This document shows positions 41,984 through 51,672 of a stretch of 64,000 nucleotides of DNA, in pieces (the first letter of the stretch is position 1; every line of letters starts with the position of its first letter). The notes under the pieces were generated by a model. It saw only the letters and a list, made by a program, of their open reading frames with translations. It had not been told where the DNA came from and ran no database searches. A program made the position numbers and the translations under genes. This DNA comes from Polyangiales bacterium (GTDB lineage: Bacteria > Myxococcota_A > Polyangia > Polyangiales > JADJQN01): contig CAXNJO010000001.1 in the NCBI GenBank assembly GCA_964202905.1, forward strand, positions 800,001 to 864,000, written 5' to 3'.

Positions 41984-42777
41984 TCCGCCGCCGACGGGAC
42001 CACCGCGCCGGACGCCGTCTCACCCTCGGCGTCCATCTTCGCGCGCGCGATGCTGTAGATCATCAGGCCGTAACCGCACTTTGCGGTGATGTCCGCGAGG
42101 CTGTAGCCGACCTGAATGGCGACGACGCCGGTCGCGCCGAGGAACTCCGCGCCGAACCAGACGGGAAGCCCGTAGGTGATGGGGTAGAAGCCCCAGGTCC
42201 CGAGGAGGAGCAACTGGGTCATGAGGAGCTTGTGCTTCACTTCCCCCGACTCGCGCTCGGCGGCGCGCTTCAGCTCCACGAAGAGGACGTAGAGGATGTA
42301 GGCGAACGGCACCGAGCTCACGATGCCCCAGACGTTGCGCGTGCCCATGTCCGCGGACACTTCGCCGACGTAACCGGTGACGAGCATCAAGACCGTGGCG
42401 AGGATCAGGCGCGTCGTGATGGAGCCGCGAAGGGCCTTCGGAAGCTGAAGCACGGCCACGAGCTCGGCGACGAGGAGCGGGACGGTGAGGAGCCAGTCCA
42501 CGTAGCGGTACCCGTCGTTGAACGGCGTTCCGGTGGGAACATAGGCCCCGTTTTGAAGGCTGAAGGCATGCCCCCACGACTCGAAGATGCGGAAGTAGTG
42601 GTAGCCGGCGATGCCGACGACGAGACTCGACATGACGAGCGCGGGGCGGAAACGCGCGGACACCTGCCCGCGTGCCATCGTGAAGAACGCGAAGGAAGCG
42701 ACCATCGCCGCGATGGCGAGACTCAGCATGTTGTAGACGAGACTGTATTGGCCCAGCGAGAGCGTTGGGAGTTCCAT
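41980..42777 (-). CDS. Microbial rhodopsin, xanthorhodopsin-type DTE proton pump
   Basis: About seven hydrophobic helices; GYHY, FNDGYRYVDWLLTVPLLVAE (D-T-E), WGIVSSVPF, TWGFYP, retinal Lys in ADITAK; GAGGT RBS. Confidence 0.95.
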   Translation of the reverse strand: MELPTLSLGQYSLVYNMLSLAIAAMVASFAFFTMARGQVSARFRPALVMSSLVVGIAGYHYFRIFESWGHAFSLQNGAYVPTGTPFNDGYRYVDWLLTVPLLVAELVAVLQLPKALRGSITTRLILATVLMLVTGYVGEVSADMGTRNVWGIVSSVPFAYILYVLFVELKRAAERESGEVKHKLLMTQLLLLGTWGFYPITYGLPVWFGAEFLGATGVVAIQVGYSLADITAKCGYGLMIYSIARAKMDAEGETASGAVVPSAAE

Positions 42778-43247
42778 GGCACACCTCGGAATTCGGAAAT
42801 GCGTTCAGGTGCCCCCACGGCCAGTCACCGTGGAGGCAGCGCGATCCATGCCCGCTCATCGCAAGGACTTCGTGCGATGAGCCGTCTTCTCGCTTCGCGG
42901 CTCGGACCTTACGAGTCGCGCGGACGGTTTCGAGGGTCGAACTCCTCGGTCGTCAACGCCTCGTGCGAATCCCCCACGATTCAAGCTCCGCCACGCCTGC
43001 GCAGAAAAGCGACGCGCCGCGCGCCGGCGCTGCGCGCATCTCATTGTGCGTCGCGGCCGCGTCCTCCGTCGCTGCATGGCCGTCGGATTCGACATGTCGA
43101 CCATCACGCCGCGTGATCGACGTTTCGAATCAAGCGCTCCAGCGCGTCTCGCCCCGCAAAACGGCACATCGCGCACCGGCGTGAGCCGATGCGCGATGGT
43201 GCGGACAACGTCGGGTGGCGGTGCGCAGCGCGATGGCTGCGTCGGGC

Positions 43248-43751
43248 TCAGTGCCCGCCGGGCGGGGCGACGGCGCGGATGGGCGGGATCGCGGGGCCGC
43301 CGGGGCGGGCCTGGACGACCTGGGCGCCGACGCCGGGCTGGGCCTGGACGACCTGGATGCCCGCGCCGGGCTGGGCCTGGATGACCTGGACGCCGGCGGC
43401 GGTGGGGTCGGCGGCGATGGTCGGGACGGTGGGCATCACCGGGGGCGGCGCGACGGGGCGGGGGCGCGGGGCCTCGCGGAGGACGATGCGCGCGCCCGAA
43501 GCCGCGAGCAGGCCGCGCACCGACGGGTCGCTCTCGCGCACCGTCCAGCCGCGCGTGGAGGCGGGCTTTTCGGTGGGGGCGCCGGCGTAGGTGGCGCTGC
43601 GGGGCGGGGACTCGCGCGAGACCTGCATCGCGCGACCGCCGTTCAGCTGACCTTCGTACGTCTCGCCGGTGACGAGGCGCTCGCAGCCCGTGAGGGACAG
43701 TCCACCCAGTGCTGCCAGCAGAATCACCCGTCCGAGCCCTGCGCGCTTCAT
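43248..43751 (-). CDS. Putative lipoprotein with C-terminal 11-aa repeats
   Basis: MKR..LSLTGC lipobox; xQVxQAQPGxG repeated three times. Confidence 0.65.
   Translation of the reverse strand: MKRAGLGRVILLAALGGLSLTGCERLVTGETYEGQLNGGRAMQVSRESPPRSATYAGAPTEKPASTRGWTVRESDPSVRGLLAASGARIVLREAPRPRPVAPPPVMPTVPTIAADPTAAGVQVIQAQPGAGIQVVQAQPGVGAQVVQARPGGPAIPPIRAVAPPGGH
43307..43400. repeat. About three copies of a 33-bp coding tandem repeat
   Basis: GGGCCTGGAYGACCTGG recurring with a 33-bp period. Confidence 0.7.
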
Positions 43752-43849
43752 CCGAGCCTCCTCTTCGCGGCGCAGTGCGCCGTCGAGCCGACTGCGTGCC
43801 CCGAGTCGGCGTCGCGGGCAAGGAAAAAGTGTGCCGCGGCGCGACGGCG

Positions 43850-44317
43850 TCAGGGCCAGCCGACGAGCGCGCGCAGCAGCAAGCCGGCGCCGAGGCTCGC
43901 CGCGTTCGCCGCGAGGGACCACGCGAGCGCGCGGCGGACGCCCAGCGCGTGCAGCAGCGCCGCCTCGCCGGCCACGGCGAAGACCTCCGCGAGCGCGACC
44001 ATCGGGAGATACGAGAGTGGCAACCGCGGGAAGGCGAACCACACGAGCGGATGCGTGAGCGCGCTCGGCAGGAAGGCGAGCGCGAGCTGCGTGGCGAGGT
44101 GCGGTGTGCGGATTCGCGTCGCGAGCGTGGGATTCGCGGGGGAAAGATGGATGGAACGAATGGGATTCTCCGGAGGAAGAGAATCCTCATCAACCCGGCG
44201 AAAAGCGCGTGTGTAGAGAGGGATTTCGACGAGCTGCGTGAGCGCGAAGGCCGATGTCCACGCAGCGATCGGCGGGGCGAGGCCGAGCTGCGTGACGAGC
44301 CAGTCGGTGGGGTTCAC
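43850..44317 (-). CDS. Small membrane protein
   Basis: GTGA overlap with the upstream gene; TQLVEIPLY, THPLVWF, AEVF, NAAS in hydrophobic helices. Confidence 0.7.
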   Translation of the reverse strand: MNPTDWLVTQLGLAPPIAAWTSAFALTQLVEIPLYTRAFRRVDEDSLPPENPIRSIHLSPANPTLATRIRTPHLATQLALAFLPSALTHPLVWFAFPRLPLSYLPMVALAEVFAVAGEAALLHALGVRRALAWSLAANAASLGAGLLLRALVGWP

Positions 44318-45342
44318 GCGGCGGGGCGAGCGCGGCGGGCGCCCTCGAGGGCGAAGAGCACGAAGGCCGCGAGCTCGAGGTGGCCGTGGAAGAGGCCCGT
44401 GCGCAGGTAGAGATCGCGCGCGGCGGCCACGTCGAACAGGGCCCAGGCGACGAGGGCGAGCGTCGCGAGGGTGGTGAGCGCGAGCAGCGGTCGGCCGAGA
44501 TCGGCGACGAGCGCGCGCCAGCTCGCGGCGAACGTGCGCGGCGTGTCGCGGCCGCGGTCGTCTTCGGGGACCATCCGCAGCCACACCGCGTAATGCACGC
44601 TCTGCGCGAAGGCGAAGGAGAGCGTGAGTCGCAGCGCCCACTCGCCCGGTACGCGGCTCGCGAGCCACGGCACCTGCACCGTGGCGTCGAGGCCCTGGGG
44701 CGCGCTCCAGAAGAGGTCCGAGCGGTAGACGAGCGGCTCGAGGCCGCCTGCGGCGAGCAGCGCGAGCGCGAGCACGAAGAGCGCGAGCGGCAGGAGGTGC
44801 CAGCGCGTCGCGTGTGGCCGCCACGCCCACCAGAGCGCGAGCGCGACGAGGTTGTGCGCATGCGCGAAGCACAGATCCGTCCACCACGGCGCCCACCACG
44901 CGACCGCGCAGAGCGCCGCGGCGAAGGCGACCACGAGCGCGCGCTTCCACCACGAAGCGCCGCGCGCGATGAGCGCCGCGCCTGCCACGCCGAGCGCGCC
45001 CGCGCGCAGGCCCGCGCCGGACCACGTGGCCGCGATCGGCGCGGCGACGAGCAGCCAGAAGCCCCAGCGCTTGTGAAACGCAGGGCGGACGACGAGGTAG
45101 CGCACGTCCGCGAGGATGTGCGGCACGCCGAGCACGACCGGCCCGAGCGCGAGCAGCCACCACGGGACGAGCAGCGTCGCGAGCAGCGCCGCGCCGACGG
45201 CCAGCGCGCCGACGAGCGCGACGCGCAGCTCGCGGTCGCGCACGAGGCGCCGCGCCACCGGGCCGAGCGCGTGGAGCAGCGCGACGCGCACGCGATCGGC
45301 GGGCAGGAAGACGAGCTCGGCGGTGCCGCGCGCGGGGAGCAC
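44314..45342 (-). CDS. Polytopic membrane protein with four His motifs (putative metalloenzyme; start uncertain)
   Basis: GVPHILAD, HAHN, QSVHY and FHGHLE at TM boundaries. Confidence 0.7.
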   Translation of the reverse strand: MLPARGTAELVFLPADRVRVALLHALGPVARRLVRDRELRVALVGALAVGAALLATLLVPWWLLALGPVVLGVPHILADVRYLVVRPAFHKRWGFWLLVAAPIAATWSGAGLRAGALGVAGAALIARGASWWKRALVVAFAAALCAVAWWAPWWTDLCFAHAHNLVALALWWAWRPHATRWHLLPLALFVLALALLAAGGLEPLVYRSDLFWSAPQGLDATVQVPWLASRVPGEWALRLTLSFAFAQSVHYAVWLRMVPEDDRGRDTPRTFAASWRALVADLGRPLLALTTLATLALVAWALFDVAAARDLYLRTGLFHGHLELAAFVLFALEGARRARPAA

Positions 45343-45398
45343 GGGGGGAGGATACACGCGCGCGGAAGCGCGGCCTGCGGGCGCCGAGGAGCCGGCCG

Positions 45399-46593
45399 CT
45401 ACTCCCACGGGTTCTCGACGACGACGGCGTCGGGGACGATCACGAGGCCGACCCGCACGACCTCATCGGGCTCGGGCGAGACGCGCAGCGGCAGCATGGC
45501 GTCGTAGCGGGCGCGCGTGACGAAGTAGATCAGGCGCGGAGGCGGAGGCGCTGCGCCGGGGCGGCCGAACAACTCGTCGCGCCAGGTGTCGAGGAGCGCG
45601 CGGGTCTCCGCCGCATCGAGGCCCTGTGCGCGGGCGTCGCGCTCGAGCAGGCGGCGGAGGGCGCGGAGATCGCCGTCGCCGTCGCGGACGAGCGTCGCGC
45701 CGGGCGAGGTCGCGCCCGATGGCACGCGACCAGCGCACGAAGCGCGTGCCGTCGACGCGGTAGACGGTGGTTTCGGCCGCGTCGGGCAGACGCTCCGGCG
45801 GGGCGTCGCCGGGGCGCGCGCGGAAGGCGGCGCGGAAGGCGACGGGGCCGTCGTAGAACAGGAAGCGCTCGGCGCTGCCATCGGGCGCGAGGAAGAGCGA
45901 GCGGCCCGCGCGGCGCAGGCCCTCCCAGAAGTGGCCCGCGTGTGCGGGCGCGAGGCGTGTGTTGCCGCGCGCGGTGACGCGGCCGACGAAGCGCAGGCCC
46001 GGATCGCCGCCGTCGCGCAGGATCTGCGCGGCCGGGTAGTGCAGCCACGGGTCGCCGCCTGCGAAGCGCACTTCGAGAGACAGCGGTACGTCGTGCGCTG
46101 CGCGCAGGAAGATGACGGGTTTGCGCGCGACGGCGCCGCCGGGACCGGGCCGAACGTGTCCCCACGGGGCGGGGTCCGGCGCCGGGCGGGGCGGCGTCGG
46201 GCGCGGCTGAAGCTGCGGGCGCGGCGGGGGCACCGGCATGGGTTGCGGCTGCGCGCCGTGCTCGAGCGGCACCGAGGATGTGCCGTCGACGCGGTAGACG
46301 AAACGCGGTGATTCACGCGCGAGATCCTGGAGGTGCGTGACGTGCGTGCCCTCCGGGTCGAGGCGCCACACGCCCCACTCGTGCAGGGTGAGGCCGCTGC
46401 GCGCGCCGGGGCTGCGCCGTGACGGGCCGCGCTGCTGGGCGTGTACGGTGGGGGTCGCGATGAGCGCGCCGAGCGCGAGGGCGCTCAGGGTGAGGGTGAT
46501 GCGCGTGCGTGCACCGGAGACAGCCAGCCGGCCGGCTGTCTGGCGCGCGATGACGTCGGTGCGTGTGCGCAAGCGTGCGTTGGCGGAAGGCAT
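45399..46593 (-). CDS. Secreted conserved hypothetical protein (HEWG type; frameshift near 45720)
   Basis: Signal peptide; LHEWG, KPVIF and FLFYDG in one frame; GL..E..ALLDTW and LPL.VSP.P..VRV in the next. Confidence 0.7.
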
Positions 46594-46652
46594 CGCGGTG
46601 TCCGACGCACGACGCGCGGATTCGTGCTGTCCGGGCGTCATCGAGGGCGCCG

Positions 46653-48368
46653 TCACGGGGTCTGGGGGAGCGCGGGGGCGGTGCCCGGCGTGGGTTCGCC
46701 GCGTCGGCCGAGGTTCGCCTCGAGCCAACGGAGCACGCTGCGCCAGCCGCCGTCGGCGACGGGCGTCGCGTCGCCCTCGCGCCACGCGTCCTCGGCCGCG
46801 CGGGGGGCGCGCGCGGGCACCCAGACGTGGGCGCTCACGGGCGGCAGAAACGCGCGCTTGTCGACGAAGCCGTCGATGCGGGCGCGCAGCGCGAGGCGCG
46901 CGAGATCGCGCAGCGCGACGACGTTGAGCAGCGTCGCGTAGAGCACCGCGACCGGCCAGCCGAGCCCGCCCGACCCGAAGACGCAGAGCATCAGCCACGC
47001 GGAGCCGAGCAGACCCGCGGCGAAGCGGCGCGGGTGTGGCGAGAGCAGGTACCCCGCGCCGACGGGCACGAAGAGCCCGCCCGAGAGCACGCCGAGCGCG
47101 GCCGCGGCGCCGACCGTCGTGAGCGCCTGCGCGCGGAGGCTGCCGGCCTGCTCCGCGGGGAGGTAGCGCGTCGACTGGCCGCGTTGTGCGTAGCCCGGGA
47201 GCGCCTCGCGCGCCGCGTCGGAGTCGCAGCGCACGCGCACGAGGCCGGCCTCGCGCCCCGCGCGCTCGAGCACGGGGACGACGTGCTTTTCTTCTGCGGG
47301 ATACAGGTACAACACGGTCTCACGTAGCCCGCCGTGCGCGGTGCGGTCGATGAGCGACACCACGCGCGACGTCGACGTCTGCGCGAGCCCGAGGCGCGCG
47401 AGCGACGTCTCCGCGAGCGCGTGCACGCGGGGGCGCCAGAGCACGCGCGCGGCGAACCACACCGCGTCCGGCGCGAAGACGAGCCAGCCGCTCCGCACCC
47501 ACCCCACGACGGGCGCGCGGTAGGCGTAGGCGGGCACGCAGGTCGTCTGCGCGGGGTCGATCCCCGCGTCGCGGAGGGCGCGCGCGAGCCACGCGGGGGG
47601 CGCGGGCGTGGTGGGCGTGCCGTCGTCGGCGATCCAGCCGTGCGCCTTGCGCAGCAGCGCCCAGCCGATGCGGACGTGGATCAGCGTGAGCCGCACGAGG
47701 AGCGGCGCCGTCACGAGCCCGACCGCGAGGTAGACGAGCGCCGCGACGCCGAAGAGCAGGCTGTCGGCGTGCGCGAAGCCGAGCACGCACACGACGAGCG
47801 CGAAGAGGTCGTCGAGGAACGAGTGCGCGAGGCGCAGCGCGGGCAGCGGCACGAGCGAGAGCAGCAGGCGCGTGCCCGTCTTGCCGATCGTCGAGAGGAA
47901 GCCGAAGACGGTGCCGAGCGCGATCGACGCGACCATCACGGAGGTGCCGACCCACATCGCGCCGAGGTCGGCCGTCGCGAGCGGCGCGGCGAGCACGCGC
48001 ACCGCCTCGGGCGCGGCGTCGAGGGGCGTCGCGCGCGCGGTCGCGACGGCGATGAGCGCGGAGACGGCGACGCCCGCGAAGGGCCGCCACGCCGTCGAGG
48101 CGGGCACGAGCCAGCGCTCGACGAGCGGCAGCTTGTCGGCGAGCGACTCGAGGATCGACAGCACGAGGAAGAACGCGCCGAGCCCGTAGAGCAGCCCCGC
48201 GGGCCCGAGCGCGTGGAGCGCGTCGTGCAGGCGCGCGTCCATGACGAGCGCGGGCACCGTGTCGGGCGCGGCGAGCAACAGCAGCAGTCCGAACGGCAGC
48301 CAAGGGTTCTTGCCGGCCGCGGCGCTCCCCGCGACCGCCGCCATCACCGACGAGGGGACGCCATCCAT
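46653..48368 (-). CDS. DUF4126-like membrane protein with C-terminal extension
   Basis: AAGKNPWLP, ESLADKLP, S..DD pattern; multiple TM helices. Confidence 0.65.
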   Translation of the reverse strand: MDGVPSSVMAAVAGSAAAGKNPWLPFGLLLLLAAPDTVPALVMDARLHDALHALGPAGLLYGLGAFFLVLSILESLADKLPLVERWLVPASTAWRPFAGVAVSALIAVATARATPLDAAPEAVRVLAAPLATADLGAMWVGTSVMVASIALGTVFGFLSTIGKTGTRLLLSLVPLPALRLAHSFLDDLFALVVCVLGFAHADSLLFGVAALVYLAVGLVTAPLLVRLTLIHVRIGWALLRKAHGWIADDGTPTTPAPPAWLARALRDAGIDPAQTTCVPAYAYRAPVVGWVRSGWLVFAPDAVWFAARVLWRPRVHALAETSLARLGLAQTSTSRVVSLIDRTAHGGLRETVLYLYPAEEKHVVPVLERAGREAGLVRVRCDSDAAREALPGYAQRGQSTRYLPAEQAGSLRAQALTTVGAAAALGVLSGGLFVPVGAGYLLSPHPRRFAAGLLGSAWLMLCVFGSGGLGWPVAVLYATLLNVVALRDLARLALRARIDGFVDKRAFLPPVSAHVWVPARAPRAAEDAWREGDATPVADGGWRSVLRWLEANLGRRGEPTPGTAPALPQTP

Positions 48369-48522
48369 GGGGCGCGATCCTACGCGGCGCGCGCCACGGG
48401 CGCGAGGCGGTGTGGGGCGTGCAACGCCGCGCCGCGCGGTGGCCCGATGCCGCGCCGTCGCGCGCGTCCGAGCCGCTGACGTCACGCCTCTCACCGCGGC
48501 GTCGCTGCTAGCCTCGAGGCCG

Positions 48523-49356
48523 ATGCGCGTTCATCACCTCGACTGCTGTTCGATGTGTCCGTTTCCCGAGCGGCTCGTGAACGGGCGTGGATCGCTCTTC
48601 GCGCGCGGAAGGCTCGTGTCGCACTGCCTGCTCGTCGAGACGCCGCGGAGCGGGCTGGTGCTCGTCGATACCGGGATCGGGCGCGCGGATGTCGCGGCGC
48701 CGAGAGCGCGGCTCGGCGCGGGCTTCGTGGCGATGTCGGGGATCGTGAAACCCACGGAGGCGATGACGGCGCACGCGCAGGTGAGGGCGCTCGGCTTCGA
48801 CCCGCGCGACGTGCGGCACATCCTCGTCACGCACCTCGACCTCGATCACGCGGGCGGAATCGCGGATTTCCCGGAGGCGCGCGTGCACGTGCACGCCGAT
48901 GAGCACGAAGCCGCGCAGGCGCGCCGGACCTCGCAGGAGAAGCAGCGGTATCGCCCCGCGCAGTTCGCGCAGGTCAGCGATTGGAATCGCTATGCGAGCA
49001 CCGGCGAGCCTTTTCGTGGATTGGCCGCGGTGCGCGAATTGCCGGGTCTACCGCCGGAGATTCTCGCGATTCCGCTGCCCGGTCACACGCGCGGACATGC
49101 GTGCATCGCCGTCGACACCGGCGCGCGCTGGCTCGTGCACGCGGGAGATGCGTATTTCTCGAAGGGCTCGATCGAGGGTAACGGTGGCTGCTGGGGCATG
49201 GAGCGTTTCGAGCGGCTCGTCGCCATCGATCGGAGTCGACTCGCGGAGAATCACGCGCGCCTCGGTGCGCTCGCGCGCGCAGACGATGTGACGGTGTTCT
49301 CGGCGCACGATCCGGATGAGTTCGACGCGTTGCGCGCCTCAGCGCGGGCAGCGTAG
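48523..49356 (+). CDS. MBL-fold metallohydrolase (lactonase-like)
   Basis: LVDTG, THLDLDHAGG, PGHTRGH, AGDA, SAHD. Confidence 0.9.
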   Translation: MRVHHLDCCSMCPFPERLVNGRGSLFARGRLVSHCLLVETPRSGLVLVDTGIGRADVAAPRARLGAGFVAMSGIVKPTEAMTAHAQVRALGFDPRDVRHILVTHLDLDHAGGIADFPEARVHVHADEHEAAQARRTSQEKQRYRPAQFAQVSDWNRYASTGEPFRGLAAVRELPGLPPEILAIPLPGHTRGHACIAVDTGARWLVHAGDAYFSKGSIEGNGGCWGMERFERLVAIDRSRLAENHARLGALARADDVTVFSAHDPDEFDALRASARAA

Positions 49357-51672
49357 CGCACGCGCGAGGACCAGCAGCGCGCAGAACGCGAAGAGCGCGA
49401 ACGGGCGTGAAGCGCCGCGCGCAGGCCTCGCGCCGATGCGGCAGCCACAACCGCCTTCGAGGCTCGCTCCCGCGCGCGCATCGAGGCCCGCATCGGCCGC
49501 CGCACCGGCGTCGCGGTCGGAGCCTGCGTCCCGGGGGATGCTCGCATCGGAGTCGGCGCCTGCGTCGGTGTCGCTCCCCGCGTCGGGTCCGGACACGCCG
49601 CCGTCCACCGCCGGGGGCGGTACGGCTTCGACCGTCGCGATCAGCTCGAGATCGAAGGAGAGATCGCTCGAGGTGGCGTTGGCCTGTTTCGCGACGGCGG
49701 CGATCACGTTCGCGCCGGGCACGAAGAAGTCGGCCGGGATCGTGCCGGTCGCGACCTCGTTGTCGGCGGAGGCGGTCGTCGCCCACGCGGCGTGGTCCGT
49801 GACGTCGACATTGTGCGCGCCGACCTGCGTGCCGTTGACCCAGATCGCGACGCCGTCGTCGAAGGTCACGCGGTAGCGCGCTTCGGTCACGTTGCCATCG
49901 AGGGTGATGGTCTTGCGGAAGTAGACCGTCGGCACGTTAGGGTCGGCGTCGCGCACGGCCGTCGCCTCGTCTCCGTCGCCGTAGCCGAGCTGCGCGGGGC
50001 CCGTCGGCCAGCCGCCCGAGGCGGTGCGCCATGCGGTTCCGAGGTCTGCGCCGGTGTCTTCGTATTCCCAGACGCCGCCCGCGGGGATGAGCGTCTCCTC
50101 CACGGACGTCGAGAGCGTGAACTCGCCGCTCGTGTCGGTGTCGGCCGCGTCGCTCGTGCTCGTGATCGCGACGCGCACGCGCGTGCTCGACACGGCGGGC
50201 GTCGTCCACGTGAAGGTGCCGTCGTTCGGCGTGCCTGCGGCGATCGGGGTGAAGGCGCCGCTGTCGACGGCGTACGCGAGGTTCACGCTCGTCGCGGTGC
50301 TGCCCGCGCGCGACCAGGTGATGTCGAGGGGCGCGCCGGCGCGGTAGGTGCGGCCCGCGCTCGGGGCGAGCAGCCGCAGTCCCGTGGGCTTCACGAGCTG
50401 CACGGTGTCGGTGATGGCGCCCGTCGCGCGGAGGTTCGAGATCGTGAGCGTCGCGCCGTCGACGTCGACGAGGCACGAGCCGAGCTGCGGCTCGGTGAAG
50501 AACATGAGCGGGTGCACGGAGGCGCGGCCGACGCTCGCGCCGCCGTGTCCCGCGGTGACGAAGAGGTGCCCCGCGCCGTCGGCGACGTAGGGGCCGTCGC
50601 CCGCGGGATCGCCGTCGCGCGCGTCGACGATGTGGCCCGCCGCGGTGGTCGGCGTGTCGTAGGCGCCGTGCGCGAGGAAGGAGCGCTCGTAGATGTGCGA
50701 GTGACCCGCGAGGACGACGTCGACGCCGCCGGCCTCGAGGATCGGCAGGATGTTCTCGCGCATCTGGATGTGCTCGGCCTCGGTGTCCGAGTCGTGCGTG
50801 CCCTTCGTGTAGGGGCCGTGGTGGAAGAACGCGACGATCCACTCCTGCGTCGTCGCGGCGAGGTCGAGCGCGAGCCAGCGCGCCATCGCGCCCGTCGTGC
50901 CGCGCGGGGTCTCCGCAGAGTCGAGCACGACGAAGTGCACGTTGGCGTGGTCGAACGCGTAGTAGGCCTCGGTGCCGGACGCGACGCCGCCCGCCTCGCC
51001 CGCGGTGGGGAGCACGTAGGCCTCGTAGTAGGGGCCCGTCTGCGCGGCGGAGCTCGACGACGCGCCCTCGTGGTTGCCGATCGCGGGCCACGTCACGGTG
51101 TGCCGCAGGACCTCGGCGTAGGGCTCGAAGAAGCGCGTCGTGAACTCGGTCGTCGTGCCCCTGTCGTAGGCCATGTCGCCGACGTGCACGAAGAGGTCGG
51201 GCGGGCGGGCCGCCGTGTGCGCGAGCATCGCGTCGCGCACCGCGCGCTGCCCGGTGCCGCCCGTGCCGGAATCGCCGACGAGCCACACGCGGAAGGGCGT
51301 GCGCGCGCCGGGGAGCGGCGGCGTGACGAAGTAGTCCGCGGCGCTGCCCGGGCTCGCCGGCGGGCAGCTCTCTGCGCCCGTGGCGTAGTGGTAGCGGGTG
51401 GCGGGGGCGAGTCCGTCGATCCGGACGCTGTGCGCGGTGCCTGCGGGGCCCGTCGCGGTGTTCGTCAGCGAGGTGGGGGAGGCGCCGTAACAGACGCCGC
51501 TCGCGCTCGACGCGGTGGTGGTCGTCCACGCGACCGTCATCGAGGTGGGCGTGCCGCGTTGCAGGTAGGGCGCGCGCTGCGCGGACGCGGGAGCGGCGCA
51601 CACCGTGGTGGCCGCGAGCGCGATCAGCGCGTGGGCGGCGCTGCGCGTGAAAGTGCCGAAAAAGCGGCTCAT
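49339..51672 (-). CDS. Purple-acid-phosphatase-like metallophosphoesterase with beta-sandwich domains and MYXO-CTERM-like anchor
   Basis: PYLQ, GDSG, GDMAY, GNHE, HH, GHSHIYER; DAG linker; GCGCRIG plus hydrophobic tail. Confidence 0.9.
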   Translation of the reverse strand: MSRFFGTFTRSAAHALIALAATTVCAAPASAQRAPYLQRGTPTSMTVAWTTTTASSASGVCYGASPTSLTNTATGPAGTAHSVRIDGLAPATRYHYATGAESCPPASPGSAADYFVTPPLPGARTPFRVWLVGDSGTGGTGQRAVRDAMLAHTAARPPDLFVHVGDMAYDRGTTTEFTTRFFEPYAEVLRHTVTWPAIGNHEGASSSSAAQTGPYYEAYVLPTAGEAGGVASGTEAYYAFDHANVHFVVLDSAETPRGTTGAMARWLALDLAATTQEWIVAFFHHGPYTKGTHDSDTEAEHIQMRENILPILEAGGVDVVLAGHSHIYERSFLAHGAYDTPTTAAGHIVDARDGDPAGDGPYVADGAGHLFVTAGHGGASVGRASVHPLMFFTEPQLGSCLVDVDGATLTISNLRATGAITDTVQLVKPTGLRLLAPSAGRTYRAGAPLDITWSRAGSTATSVNLAYAVDSGAFTPIAAGTPNDGTFTWTTPAVSSTRVRVAITSTSDAADTDTSGEFTLSTSVEETLIPAGGVWEYEDTGADLGTAWRTASGGWPTGPAQLGYGDGDEATAVRDADPNVPTVYFRKTITLDGNVTEARYRVTFDDGVAIWVNGTQVGAHNVDVTDHAAWATTASADNEVATGTIPADFFVPGANVIAAVAKQANATSSDLSFDLELIATVEAVPPPAVDGGVSGPDAGSDTDAGADSDASIPRDAGSDRDAGAAADAGLDARAGASLEGGCGCRIGARPARGASRPFALFAFCALLVLARALRCPR

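Noticed and set aside
41980..42777. Sodium or chloride pump, sensory rhodopsin or heliorhodopsin
   Set aside because: Helix C motif is DTE rather than NDQ or NTQ, helix G has DxxxK, and no HAMP/MCP transducer is present
41593..43247. Rhodopsin cassette as a mobile element
   Set aside because: No transposase, integrase, tRNA or target-site duplication recognised; the compositional shift was judged by eye only
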